DNA of 63,988 nucleotides, counting the filler, from Sluysia triapertura (Eukaryota), in the NCBI GenBank assembly GCA_046118255.1. It is 4 parts of 4 records of this genome, joined end to end, with 100 filler letters (N's around TTAATTAATTAA, not from the genome) between each part and the next. Parts side by side here need not be neighbours in the genome. Positions count along the whole stretch, not along the records: positions 19,983 to 34,491 come from JBJNIA010256520.1; positions 34,592 to 52,940 come from JBJNIA010155270.1; 2 more parts are not named here. One strand, 5' to 3'. The notes under the pieces were generated by a model. It saw only the letters and a list, made by a program, of their open reading frames with translations, did not search any database and was not told the origin of the DNA. Below, piece by piece: positions 28,386 to 39,711 of the stretch; position 1 is the stretch's first letter; the number at the start of each line of letters is the position of its first letter. A program made the translations under genes and the position numbers.

Positions 28386-28503
28386 TACAAACCTGTTTTT
28401 ATGCGATTTTTTATTTGTGCTAAGTTTTTTGTGCGATCTCAAAATTTAATTACAATTATGAGATCGCATAAAAAAAGGACCGAATAAAACAGGTTTAAGT
28501 GTA
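28386..28503. mobile_element. Small palindromic MITE (Tc1/pogo-like)
   Basis: Inverted ends AAACCTGTTTT / AAAACAGGTTT with TA at both flanks, plus an inner inverted pair TGCGATCTCA / TGAGATCGCA. Confidence 0.6.
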
Positions 28504-29070
28504 ACAAATAACAATTAGTTTTAGATTGAAATAAAATAAATAATCTTTTTAAAAGAGATTCTATAAAGACAGTATAACATTAAATTTTAAGAACATAAAG
28601 ATTATTCTAATATGAGAGTTAAAATTAAATTAAATTGAGATTGATTAAAAATTAATATCATTATTCTCGATCAAAATTAACTTAAATTAAAGATTGAGAG
28701 AATAATGTTAAATCAAATTTAGAAGCATTATAATCGACAAAAATCACATTAAAATGAGATTTAATATAAACAGTATATAATTAAAATTTATCAACAATTT
28801 TAGATCAATACAATTTGTATGTGTCACTTATACATTACTAATAAATTATTATTACTATACATTATTAATAAATTACTTATTATTACTAAAAATTTCAGAC
28901 AACAAACAATAATTACTACATGTATTACTATTAGTTACTACTTGTAAATTATTACTATTAAACGATATTTTATAAAAAATTATTACTAATTTTATTACTT
29001 CTATACATGGAATTTAATAAATTTTTGTAATATGTAAAAGTAGTATAAATAGACAATTTGATTTTCAACC

Positions 29071-29185
29071 CACACAGAATTTGACACAGTACTATTCAGT
29101 ATTTCACAGTATTACGTAGTATTTGGCATAGTATTTGATACATAATTTGATACAGAATTTGGCACAGTATTTCACACTGTATTCT
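29071..29185 (+). repeat. Degenerate minisatellite, unit about 12 nt (TTTGRCACAGTA-like)
   Basis: Recurrent cacagaattt, cacagtattt and tacagaattt units. Confidence 0.6.
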
Positions 29186-31408
29186 GACGAATTTTTATAT
29201 GAAATTTTATTGAATTTTGGACGGCGAATTTTTTGGACAGTACAAATTATTATTAGCGGAATTCGTTCGAGCATCCCGAACTCAATTGGAACAATTCAAG
29301 AAATATTTAATTTCATCATTGAACATAACGATATTTTTTATTGTTTTTTCTGGAAAGTTAAAATATTGTATTTTATTAACATTAAAAGTTATTATTAAAC
29401 TATTTGTCATTTTATATTTTATTATTAAGTGTTTAAATCATTGTTGAATAAATTTTCTTGTGAGTTTATTGCCTTATTAATTAATTGTTAAATAGAAAGA
29501 GAGAGCCCGAAAGGAAGGATAAAACAAAATAGAATAAAATGAAATAAAGTGACACAAAAAATATTTATTCATATAAAAATCAAAGTCAAAGTGGAGTATC
29601 ATCGCAAATAAAACAAAATAAAATGAAACAAAAAACTTATTTGCGTTTCCATTCAAGATCATCGGAACGAGTATCCGAACTCAGACTTCTAGATAGAATA
29701 AACAAATATTATTGAATAGTAAAACGATAAAAAGAACAGTAATTTATATAAGTGAAGATATTTAAAATATTGTTGAGGACTAAAGTGTGTATTGACTATA
29801 GTTGAGAATCTATTATAAAGTAACTTAAAGATATTGAGGAACAGTAACGTTTGACAGAATTTGTATTGAAAGCCTAATTGTTTACATTTATTATAAGCAT
29901 ATATAAAATACGTGAGTATATGTTAATTTATTGACACAAAAAGTATCGAGAGCCATTTTAAGTTGTGCAAATAATAATTATTATTAAACTAGTGAATTTT
30001 TATTAAATTCAACATTAGAGTCGTTGTTGCAATGGTTTTAAAAAAATTACTTCCTCTAGCTAAAAAGTTTTAGTTAAATTTTAAATGTCAAATATTTAAA
30101 TATTTGTAATGCTTTATGTTTGATGATGTATAAAAATGTTATTTATTAATTATGTGTTAATTATAGATTTTTTAAATGAAATTGTCATTGTTCGCTATTG
30201 TATGTGGATAAAAATAGTTTAATAACTGCAATATTATTTAATTCTGAAGCTTCAGACGAAATGATGTAATCAAACTCTTCTTATAATCTAAGAATATTTT
30301 AAAAAATCAAAGAATAAATCAGTTGCAACAATAAATTTAAATATTTTCATCTTCATTATCTTTTGAAATTGTTCGATTTTAGAAGTTCTTTCCGAGCATT
30401 CAAATTCAACTGCATTTCTAATTTTTCATTTGGTTGTTAGAATTACATTCAAATTGTTAAATGCAAATTGTACTAATATCAAATGGTTTTATCTCATCTC
30501 TTTTACCATATTGTTCTACAACTTCTAATTTGTTACACAATAAATAGGATTTTTAATTTTTGAAATTTAAAATTGAAACAAAATATTAAATAAATGTTAC
30601 TTTTTGGAATTTTATTAATTTTAATTAATTTCAGTATTGTAGAAAGAATCTATTTAAAATAGTAGTTATAATAGTGTTGATTTAAACATATTTACATTTT
30701 GATTAGATTAAAAATGAATCATTTTTGACAATTTATTTATCTAAGCTTCAAAATTAAGTACAATTTATGAGCTGAGTTTTATTAGATGCAGTTTAAGAAA
30801 AGTTACCATAAAAAAATTCTTTTTACGAGCAATTCTCAGATATTGGGATTTATGTTGTCATTTTTGTTTAAATAAATTTATTAAAAATATCACTTAAATT
30901 TTATTAAATTTTACTATTATATAAAATACTTTATCAAAATAAAACAAATATGTTACGCAAATTTTTGTTTCATTAAAATAAATCAACAAAATTTTATTGG
31001 TTTATTCAAAACACATTTTACTTGAAAAAAATTAATTTTGTTAAAAAATTGATTATTTTATCAGACAAAATTAAGAATCGTTAATACAAAAAAATAGTTT
31101 AATTTTATGTGGATATTTTTTTCATTTTTATTATTTTTATTTTGTTTTATAAACATTAAAATTTATGTGAATATTATTTTTTATTTTTCTCTACATAATT
31201 AATTACATATTTGAAATTAAAACAAATAATTTTGTTCAATAATTTTGAAAATATTAACACAAAATATTATTTTCAATTCAAATCTAATCTAAGTTTAAAT
31301 TAAATTTAATTTAATGATTATACATTAATTTATAAGCTAATATCTATTACGAAATACGTATTCATTTGTCACAATTATTAAAATGATTTATAATTTTCCT
31401 ATTGTTTA

Positions 31409-33020
31409 TTAATCACACAAATGGTATATAACATATATGGGCGTAAGGGTATTTATTTGTTTTTCATGCTTGAGTTTTAAAATCTTATCTTTACTCTTAT
31501 TATGCAATGATTTAATATTGTGATCATTATGTACTGGTTTGTTGTTACAAGTTATGTGCTTAAGGCACTTAACAATTTTTAAATTTAAATTTCGAAAATA
31601 TAACTCAACATAGAACGTGAAAATTTTATTAATAACATTCCTAAATATATCTACCATTATTTTATTATTAATATTGTAATGTACGAACACTGTAACCAAA
31701 AGCGAACCAGGTTCTCGATCCCAAGTTCCAACCGTCTCGTTATCAAACTCGTGAATGATACTATAGCTAATCCTAACATTCTCGATACAACATGGTGATA
31801 AAAATTCACCTTTAATATCTTTTAGTTTGATATGACATAAAATATCTTTAACATCTTTTAGTTTGATGTAACATAAAATATCTTTAACATCTTTTAGTTT
31901 AATGTAACATAAAATATCTTTAACATCTTTTAGTTTAATGTAACATAAAATATCTTTAACATCTTTTAGTTTGATGTAACATAAAGTATCTTTAATATCT
32001 TTTAATATAGAATTTACAAATAAACATAACACGTATTTGACATGACTTAAATCGCTGTATAGAAATGAACAAAAAATATCTTCATCACTCTTCAACTTTC
32101 AACGTTCTTACATGATTATCAGATGAAAATATAATATTCATGTACAGTTTACTAACAGTTGAAAATAGTTATGACAATGACGGTAGCTGTAGTAACGAAC
32201 CTATTAACTGAATAAATTCTAAAATATTTCTCACTGTCGGAATATTCGTTATACAATAAAATGCGAACTTTGTACTAGTCTGTGTATTTTTGTTGTCAAT
32301 ATAGGGTATTCGAGTTCGGATAATGGGTATGAATGGTTATTGACTCTGTTCGAAAGTAAAATTTTAAGAACTTTTTTGTGTTTAAAAACATCATTTGAGA
32401 TTTCGACACATACATGTCGAATTTTTAATTAATATTACTGGATAATAGATTGAGTTTTTATTTATTGGATTGTTGAGGACGAAATAAATCATTGAGCCTT
32501 TTATCTTTTTAAAAGTTTTCATATTCATACATATTTTTATTAACTAAGAATTGATTAAATATAACTAGACTAATAGTTATTAACATATTCAATAATTTAA
32601 GAAATTTGTTACTAAAATTTAATAATTCGAAAACTGATTTTTTGTAGGCCAACATTTTCTCGACTGCATCACTGGGCATATCGTCAAATTCAGGTCTTGA
32701 ACATAATTCTAAATAAGATACATGGTTAAAGAAATGATAAAGATAGAAAGAATAAAATTTTACTATTACTATCTTCTTTAAGTAATAACAACCATCTGTA
32801 TTTTCCACTAGGTCTGCGACTAAAATTTGAAAACATAATTGGAATTGGTTAAGAAGTTGTGTCATTCTTATCTCCATTCCATTAGACAATTTAGGGATGA
32901 CTTTACATATCTTTGAATAGATGGATGTTGTTGATGGTTAATTTTGTTAAATGGCCGCGAAATTCCATTGGGGATATTGACGTCATCTTTTGAATTCGAG
33001 TACCAAACGTACTTTGACAT
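31409..33020 (-). pseudogene. Degenerate, apparently intronless MED25-like paralogue (VWA-like plus ACID-like segments)
   Basis: Colinear similarity to the MED25 exons in this window: DVNI..FN vs DVII..FN; YSFYLYHFFNHV vs YTSLYSLYFFNHV; EKMLAYK vs EKIDSFK; KIRHV vs RIRHI; IIFSSD vs MLFSGD; SFL..LFVN vs SFL..HYVN. Several frameshifts and stops. Confidence 0.45.
31811..32003 (-). repeat. In-frame 36-nt tandem repeat, about 5.3 copies (KDVKDILCYIKL)
   Basis: Near-identical units visible in the DNA and in ORF 31409..32095. Confidence 0.95.
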
Positions 33021-33028
33021 ATTAGTGA

Positions 33029-34069
33029 TTATTTCCTATATTTAACATTTGTTCGTTTAACACTATGCGTATCTTCAATGGGATTATCAATTTCTATATT
33101 TAATTGTATAACTTTATAAAAACATTTAAGAAATCTATCTTTTTCTAATAATTGTAAATAGCTAAATCGCTTGGTTGAATTAGATGCATTAAATACAATG
33201 GAATCATCTACAATAATTAACGGTGATTGTTCCTTTCTTTTTTTTCGGAAGCATCGACAAAATCCTAAATTTGACAATCTTTCCACTATTAAAGTATTTA
33301 ACATTAAAAGGCCAGAGTCGAGTTTTAAGTCACGTTTTATTCTCGACCGAAATTTGTAACATACACAAATAACATTTAGAATGTAGAGAATTAAAAACAA
33401 TGGCATTAATTCAAGTACTAATACTACTGCATTGACGTGACGCGTTCGATCATTCGATCGGAAGTATGTTGTATACCGATTTTGTTTTTCATATTCAATT
33501 TTCAAAGACATTCCTGAATATTTAGTTGTAACTGTTAGCGTATTCATCGTAAAATACAAAACTTCAATGCAAAGGTATAATATAATACGTGGCGGTTTTA
33601 CTTGAATATATCTATAAGTTGTCGGGATGCAAATTGAAATTGTGAAAATACAAATTGAGAAGTATATGAGATAATCTTGTGCCTCATTACTTAAGGTCAT
33701 AGACTTTGAACTAAATAAGATATTATTAAATGTGGTATTAATTAAAGCATGATCAAAATAGATAAAACTTTCTTTAATGTTAAATATAAAATCTTTTCTT
33801 TGTTCTAAGTTTATCATACTGACGATATCATCCACCTTTGGTTTTGTATAAATCAAGAACTTGACATCAACATTTAACAGATAAGATATTGTTGGGATCG
33901 CCAAACTGTGGATCTGGAGATAAGTGAAATCATATAAAATCATAAAATTAGGGAAAACTGATACAAGTAATAGATTGAACATCATAAACGTTGTTGAAAT
34001 TAGAATCATGAAAGAGGAAACATTTATAATAATCTTAACAGCTAAAGAATATCTTAAGGTTCCAAAGGC
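33029..34069 (-). CDS. Terminal exon of an unidentified multi-pass membrane protein
   Basis: Open frame over 1 kb in very AT-rich DNA with several hydrophobic segments and a basic, Cys-containing tail. The frame stays open 60 nt upstream of the ATG to an acceptor-like ctcttatatag at 34070. The contig ends at 34491. Confidence 0.65.
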   Translation of the reverse strand, partial: AFGTLRYSLAVKIIINVSSFMILISTTFMMFNLLLVSVFPNFMILYDFTYLQIHSLAIPTISYLLNVDVKFLIYTKPKVDDIVSMINLEQRKDFIFNIKESFIYFDHALINTTFNNILFSSKSMTLSNEAQDYLIYFSICIFTISICIPTTYRYIQVKPPRIILYLCIEVLYFTMNTLTVTTKYSGMSLKIEYEKQNRYTTYFRSNDRTRHVNAVVLVLELMPLFLILYILNVICVCYKFRSRIKRDLKLDSGLLMLNTLIVERLSNLGFCRCFRKKRKEQSPLIIVDDSIVFNASNSTKRFSYLQLLEKDRFLKCFYKVIQLNIEIDNPIEDTHSVKRTNVKYRK

Positions 34070-34491
34070 CTATATAAGAGTTTGAGACCTTATGAAAGCT
34101 TGAGATGGACTTGAAAATCATTTGGAGGTATTAGGGTACCTTTCGAATCTTGAAACCTTTAGATCATTTAAGTTCTTATTAACCTTTGCATATTCCTGAA
34201 ACCTTGATAAGCATCTAAGATCTTTGAGCAATATCGTAAAGTGTATAAAATCTTTGAAATGATTGAGAAAAAAATCTTTGCTCAATATAATAAAGATAAG
34301 TTTAACATAGTAATAATTAACATGAAGAGGTAGAAAAAGGAATCAGAGAGGTGAAGTTGAAAACATCTAGAGCCTCCTGAGTGCTTTAAAAACTATCAAA
34401 TAACTTTAAACCTCAATAAAACCTTTAAACGTAGAATAAGATTAAGTCTAAAAATAGATTAATTAATTAAAAATCTTAATTAACTTAATTA

Positions 34492-34591
34492 NNNNNNNNN
34501 NNNNNNNNNNNNNNNNNNNNNNNNNNNNNNNNNNNTTAATTAATTAANNNNNNNNNNNNNNNNNNNNNNNNNNNNNNNNNNNNNNNNNNNN
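34492..34591. other. Artificial contig spacer (N44-TTAATTAATTAA-N44)
   Basis: Same 100-nt linker. Confidence 0.95.
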
Positions 34592-35245
34592 TCAGAAAAT
34601 AAATTATATAGATTTAAAGTTAAAAAATCAGTCTTTTGTAACATTGTTTCTGCACCGTTTTAAATACTGTTAAATGCTTTTTACAGTAACGAGTTTTATA
34701 AAAATTACATTACATTAGTGTTTCATAATAGCAAAGCAAAAGTTTCGTGTACATAAGTTTCTTACCACCTCACTAACTTTACATTTAAAAATTCTGTAGC
34801 CGAGTCCTTATTTGTGCAAGATTCCGATTACAGACGAACTCTTAAATTATTAATACAATTGTGATAGTAGGATTTCTTTAAAGAACCACTCAATAATAAA
34901 AATGATTGATCTACATATGTATGCACGTATCATAAATATTGTGAATGCAATTTCTGAGCGTGGATTGCACGTATTTAATTGAATTATGTTCGTGAAAAAT
35001 TATCTAGCATAAAAATAAAAATTACTCTAAAAAATCTCAATTTATTGTTGTTAAAATATTATAGATTTATTTAAGTACAGTAGATTAATAAAATTAATAT
35101 CTCAAAATCTCATAATGGTATTTTATGCTTGAAAAATTAATCAATGGAATCATCTAATAATTTCCCTAACAAACACAAAATACAAAGTACTAATGCATGA
35201 AATTACTACCATATTTATTATCACATAGATAAATACTAACATTAC

Positions 35246-35289
35246 ATATCGATGTTGACATGGATTCAATTGGAACCATGGAGATGACA
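35246..35289 (-). CDS. NAB: Probable small downstream exon of NAB
   Basis: Acceptor ttttaatttag and donor gtaatg. Reads (N)VISMVPIESMSTSI in phase with the donor at 35462. Confidence 0.45.
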
Positions 35290-35462
35290 CTAAATTAAAA
35301 ATATATTATTTTAATATTTAATACATTAAATTTTATTTTATTTAACTAATTTTTAGTTATATACCTTATAATTTAACATGCAGATTATTAAATTATTAAT
35401 TTCTCAAATGAAACTACAAAACGATTTTATTAGTTTAAAAAACTCGAATGTATAATACCTAC

Positions 35463-35737
35463 TTGGTTTTATAACTGTTATAATTATTTAAACTAGTAGT
35501 TTGAATTTCTTCAGCCATCTTAACGACTTGACGTGCTAAATGAAACAAATTATCTCGTCTGGTGATTAATTCTGGTATTTGTAGACACAACTGACCAGCA
35601 GCTTCATTAACTGATACTTCGTGATGATTCATTGGCTTACCAGTTCTACGTGGTGCATTAAATCTTCCATAGATGGCCGAATATTTGAATATCTCATTAC
35701 GACGCTCTGGATCGTCTTTATCCATTAATAATACATT
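35463..35737 (-). CDS. NAB: NAB (NGFI-A/EGR-binding corepressor) exon, NCD2 core
   Basis: EIFKYSAIYGRF...HEVSVNEAAGQLC...LITRRDNLFHLARQVV matches NAB NCD2 (IRKYSAIYGRFD, ELTVNEAAAQLC, LLTRRDELFALARQ). Phase-0 acceptor gattttag and donor gtaggt. Confidence 0.92.
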
Positions 35738-38700
35738 CTAAAATCGCAGAAAATTAAATTTAATTGGAAATAAAAAAGAAAAATAGTTTCCAAATTTTAC
35801 AAATATATTTTAACCTTACTCAGGAGAATGTAAAATCGGTTTTAGATCACACTTAACTAACGATGTTATAATTACTGTTTTTGGATATGGTACTTACCGT
35901 GGAATCATTAAGTCACATTAAATTGTTGCACAAGTAGATTCATACGATAGGTGCCTACAAGAGATGTCAATCCTTCTATAAATAATTCTTTTAGTCGAAG
36001 TTACTGTTACTTTCTTCTACATTTGTTCAGTATATAGTATTTTTCACTGACATTACACTATATCCAATAATTTTATTCCATGATAATTTTCCAATAATCA
36101 ATTTTTGTCATAGTTCATTTCACTATTTGGTTAATTTCACTCCATAAACAAACGTACATATTCATACCTATTCTATATATTAGATTGCCGATTTCTTCTA
36201 TATAATAATCATTTCATTTATGTCTGCTTTGTAAAATTGTAATACTTATGTATGCTAGTGTTTGATCTGCATTTCTGTTTTACTAGTATGCCTACAGTAT
36301 TTCTGCTCAATCCATAGATTTCTTTCTTGTTAATTCATTATCATCATCATCATCATTATTATTATTATTATTTTCCTTTCGTTTTCATTAATTTTTTTCT
36401 AAGCGTAAATATATTTAAAAAGTATTTTTACAATTTAAGTTTTTCTCGAAAGTATTAGAGTTACTTATTCTGCACAACTAAATTTAAATACTGACCAAAA
36501 CAAAATAACAATTGACTACCAATTACTAAATGCTGACCAAAACAATGATAATTCTCCAAATTAAACGTAATTGTCATTCTAAAAATACCATTCTTGAATA
36601 CCTTTCTCCAGTTAATCGTTCTTTATAGTCAGTATCATGGACAAATTCTTAAAATCTTAATATAAGGATTTTCACGATGAAACGACATCATTTTCTTCTA
36701 TATAATGATTAATTTCATGCTGCATTATAATGTTGGCCGCAATTTATTTTCATGTCTTGCTAGTTAGACTATTTTATTAACGTTTCATGTCTTCTCATTT
36801 CTACGACTCTCATCAAATAAGTACAGTAAGTGCTCATTTATATTTCTTTGCTTGTGCAAACTTGTCTTTTAAGATTGTAAATTGGAGCAAGTTTCAGTTT
36901 ATATAATATTTTACATTACAAATTAAATTATTTTATTAGATATTTTATACATTTAGTTTTAATAAATTACAGGCGAAATTGTTTTACAATTAAAAATTAT
37001 TTTTTAGGCTAGAAATGTGTATTAATTTTGATACATTCATAAATTCATTAACTTTATTAATCCTTCAAATTTTAATTCTTGAACTATGCTTGCACAATGG
37101 AATTCAAAAATTCGTAATATTAATTACAATATTCATATAAAATATAAATTAAAATTTAAGCACCATAAAATTACAATAACGATTTCAATATAGATCATAT
37201 TAAAATACAAAAAAAATCACGTGATCAATACTATAAATTTTGTATTAAACAAAACACTTATATTATAGTGTTAAGAGACAGACGCAGTTATGTATATCTC
37301 TCATTCTGTCTCACCCTATGTACATTGTAAACACAATACACGAATGTGAATACTTTTCAGACGGTTTGCATGCTACAAATAATTATAAATATTCTAAACA
37401 CACTAATTTACTGAAACAGGCCCCCATGAAATTATTGATTTAAATCATATTGATTAAAAGGTGTGCAAGAATATAAAAGATTTACTTTAAAAATAAACTT
37501 AATATTCAAAGTTATTAAAATTTAATATAATTTTTACATTTAAAATAAGCACATATTTTAATGTCACTTATTATTTATATAGAATATAGTAAATAGAACA
37601 AGTTAAGCGATCTACAAAGTCAGTTTGATATAATACTTTCACAAAATAAAGATTAAATAAATATTAATTTAAGCTTTAATTAAATCAATTCAAATTATTG
37701 AGTTAGTGAAATATTTAATTTTGACTTATTTATAAAAATTAAAAATTTGTCAACTTTAAGTTATTCCCACTTTTGTCATTTATGTCTACACATTACGTAT
37801 TTCAGTGATGATGAAGAAATGTTTTGATTTTATGAGTTGATAGTTAGGTATTACAGGTTTAACTGATTTATGTAAATTTTGACATGTTACTTTGTTATTT
37901 CGGAATAAAATGTATGTTAAAAGACTGGATGTTAAAGTATCTCCTAGTCCTTAGATTGCGCAGTCAAGGTTTATATTCGTCGGGGAGTTGATTAATGAAT
38001 AAACAAATAAATAAATACGTAAAATATATAAATATACAATATATAATAAAGTCTCTGTACTTTGTTTGAGAATTCATTACAATTGCTCAATGAAGTTCAC
38101 GTTTAAGAAGTTTTACCGTCATCGAAATTAAACTTCATCATGTCTGAATTGATTTCTATTTTACATGGAGCTTGAAAACTGTAGCTAAATCAAGAAATTG
38201 ATTTTCAGTATTCTGCAAGAGCTATTCCATCAGAATTTGTCAACAGACATAGTCAGTGTGATGTTTTACTGTTAGTTACGTGCAAGCTTTACTTATAGTA
38301 TTGCGTAAACAGCCTGATGGTTATATAAAAGTTTAACGGGATATGCACTAAAATTGCCATTATTAAAACAAATCATTAAATTATTCAAAAAAAATCATTT
38401 ATTATCAAATTCATTAACGGAACAAATCCACCAACTTTTGACTCAGATTAATTGTCTCGGCATACTAATCTAAATATATTTCCATAAAAGTGTATAGTTT
38501 TAATAAAAATTATTTTATCGGGTGCAAAAGTACATCTAAGGCAATTAAATTCTATCTATTTTTAAGCCTAATAAAATCGAACACTCTCATATTCGGCAAG
38601 CAAAACTTGTAATGTATACCAAAAAGACAATTTTCATTTTAGATACATTTCAAACAATTGATACTATTAGTGGAATAATTATAAACCATACATCAAACTT

Positions 38701-39642
38701 TGCATATGTAATGTCGAATCAAAAAGTTTAAATCTAAATATATACTATCGAGAAACTTAAATTTTATTTGCATTCTATTAGAAACTTTGGATACCTTAAT
38801 AAATATTATATTTATCATTTATATATTTGACATCGTTCAAAAACAAATAAAAGGTTTAAGTTAAGTAAATTGATTTATTCTTCGTTATAATTTAAACAAG
38901 TTATGTAAATATTAATCGAATTGGTACAAAGTTTGAAAGTATCCCGTGCACAAAACTCTATTATATTTATACGAAGGTAGTTATATTTTAACTACACGTA
39001 ATGGAAGTATGTGTGATGATGAATTTAAACAATAAAAGTTTCTATTATCAAAATTCTTTAATCAATCGTCTTATTCAAATATATAAATTCAAAATACTCC
39101 TACTTATTATGGACAATTATGTCTTAATATTTTGTAAATAATTTTAATTTTTTTTCAAATATGGCAATGTCTTTTTTATAAATAAAGATTTTTTTGTACG
39201 AAAAATATAAAATCAGTTTTGTTTTAGTGTTATTGAAAGTATAATATCAAACAAGCATTAATTTACACGTAAAAACATAATGACCAAATAAAAAGCAATA
39301 AATATTTGCCGTGTTTGAATGAATTATTTATTCAAATATTTTTTGCAATTAATACATTTGAAAGTAATAAGTTTTCACATTTAATTCTGTCATTGAGAGC
39401 GATTATTATAATGATAGTAAAAAAGTCTAAAAATTCACACGTTGATTTTACAAAGTATAGCTAATGACCATTATCATTTTTTTGGTATCATAAATTTAGA
39501 CTATCTAGCACGACCTAAATGTTATAAATGCTTTTGTGGACTTCAATTTAAAACTTTCACTATGTCCAACCAAGTCATTACTTGGCTAATTATATTTCAC
39601 TAAATAAGTTGCAATTAAGATTCATGTAACAAATTTAATTTC

Positions 39643-39708
<66 letters not shown>
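39643..39708 (+). repeat. (AAT)22 microsatellite
   Basis: Read directly. Confidence 0.97.

Positions 39709-39711
<3 letters not shown>

Noticed and set aside
31811-32003. 36-nt repeats as a possible CRISPR array
   Set aside because: The units are head-to-tail with no spacers, there are no cas genes, and the context is eukaryotic.
35897-35985. Cryptic or poison exon in the NAB intron (gtaagt donor)
   Set aside because: Stops in the required frame and no other support. Such sites arise by chance in AT-rich DNA.
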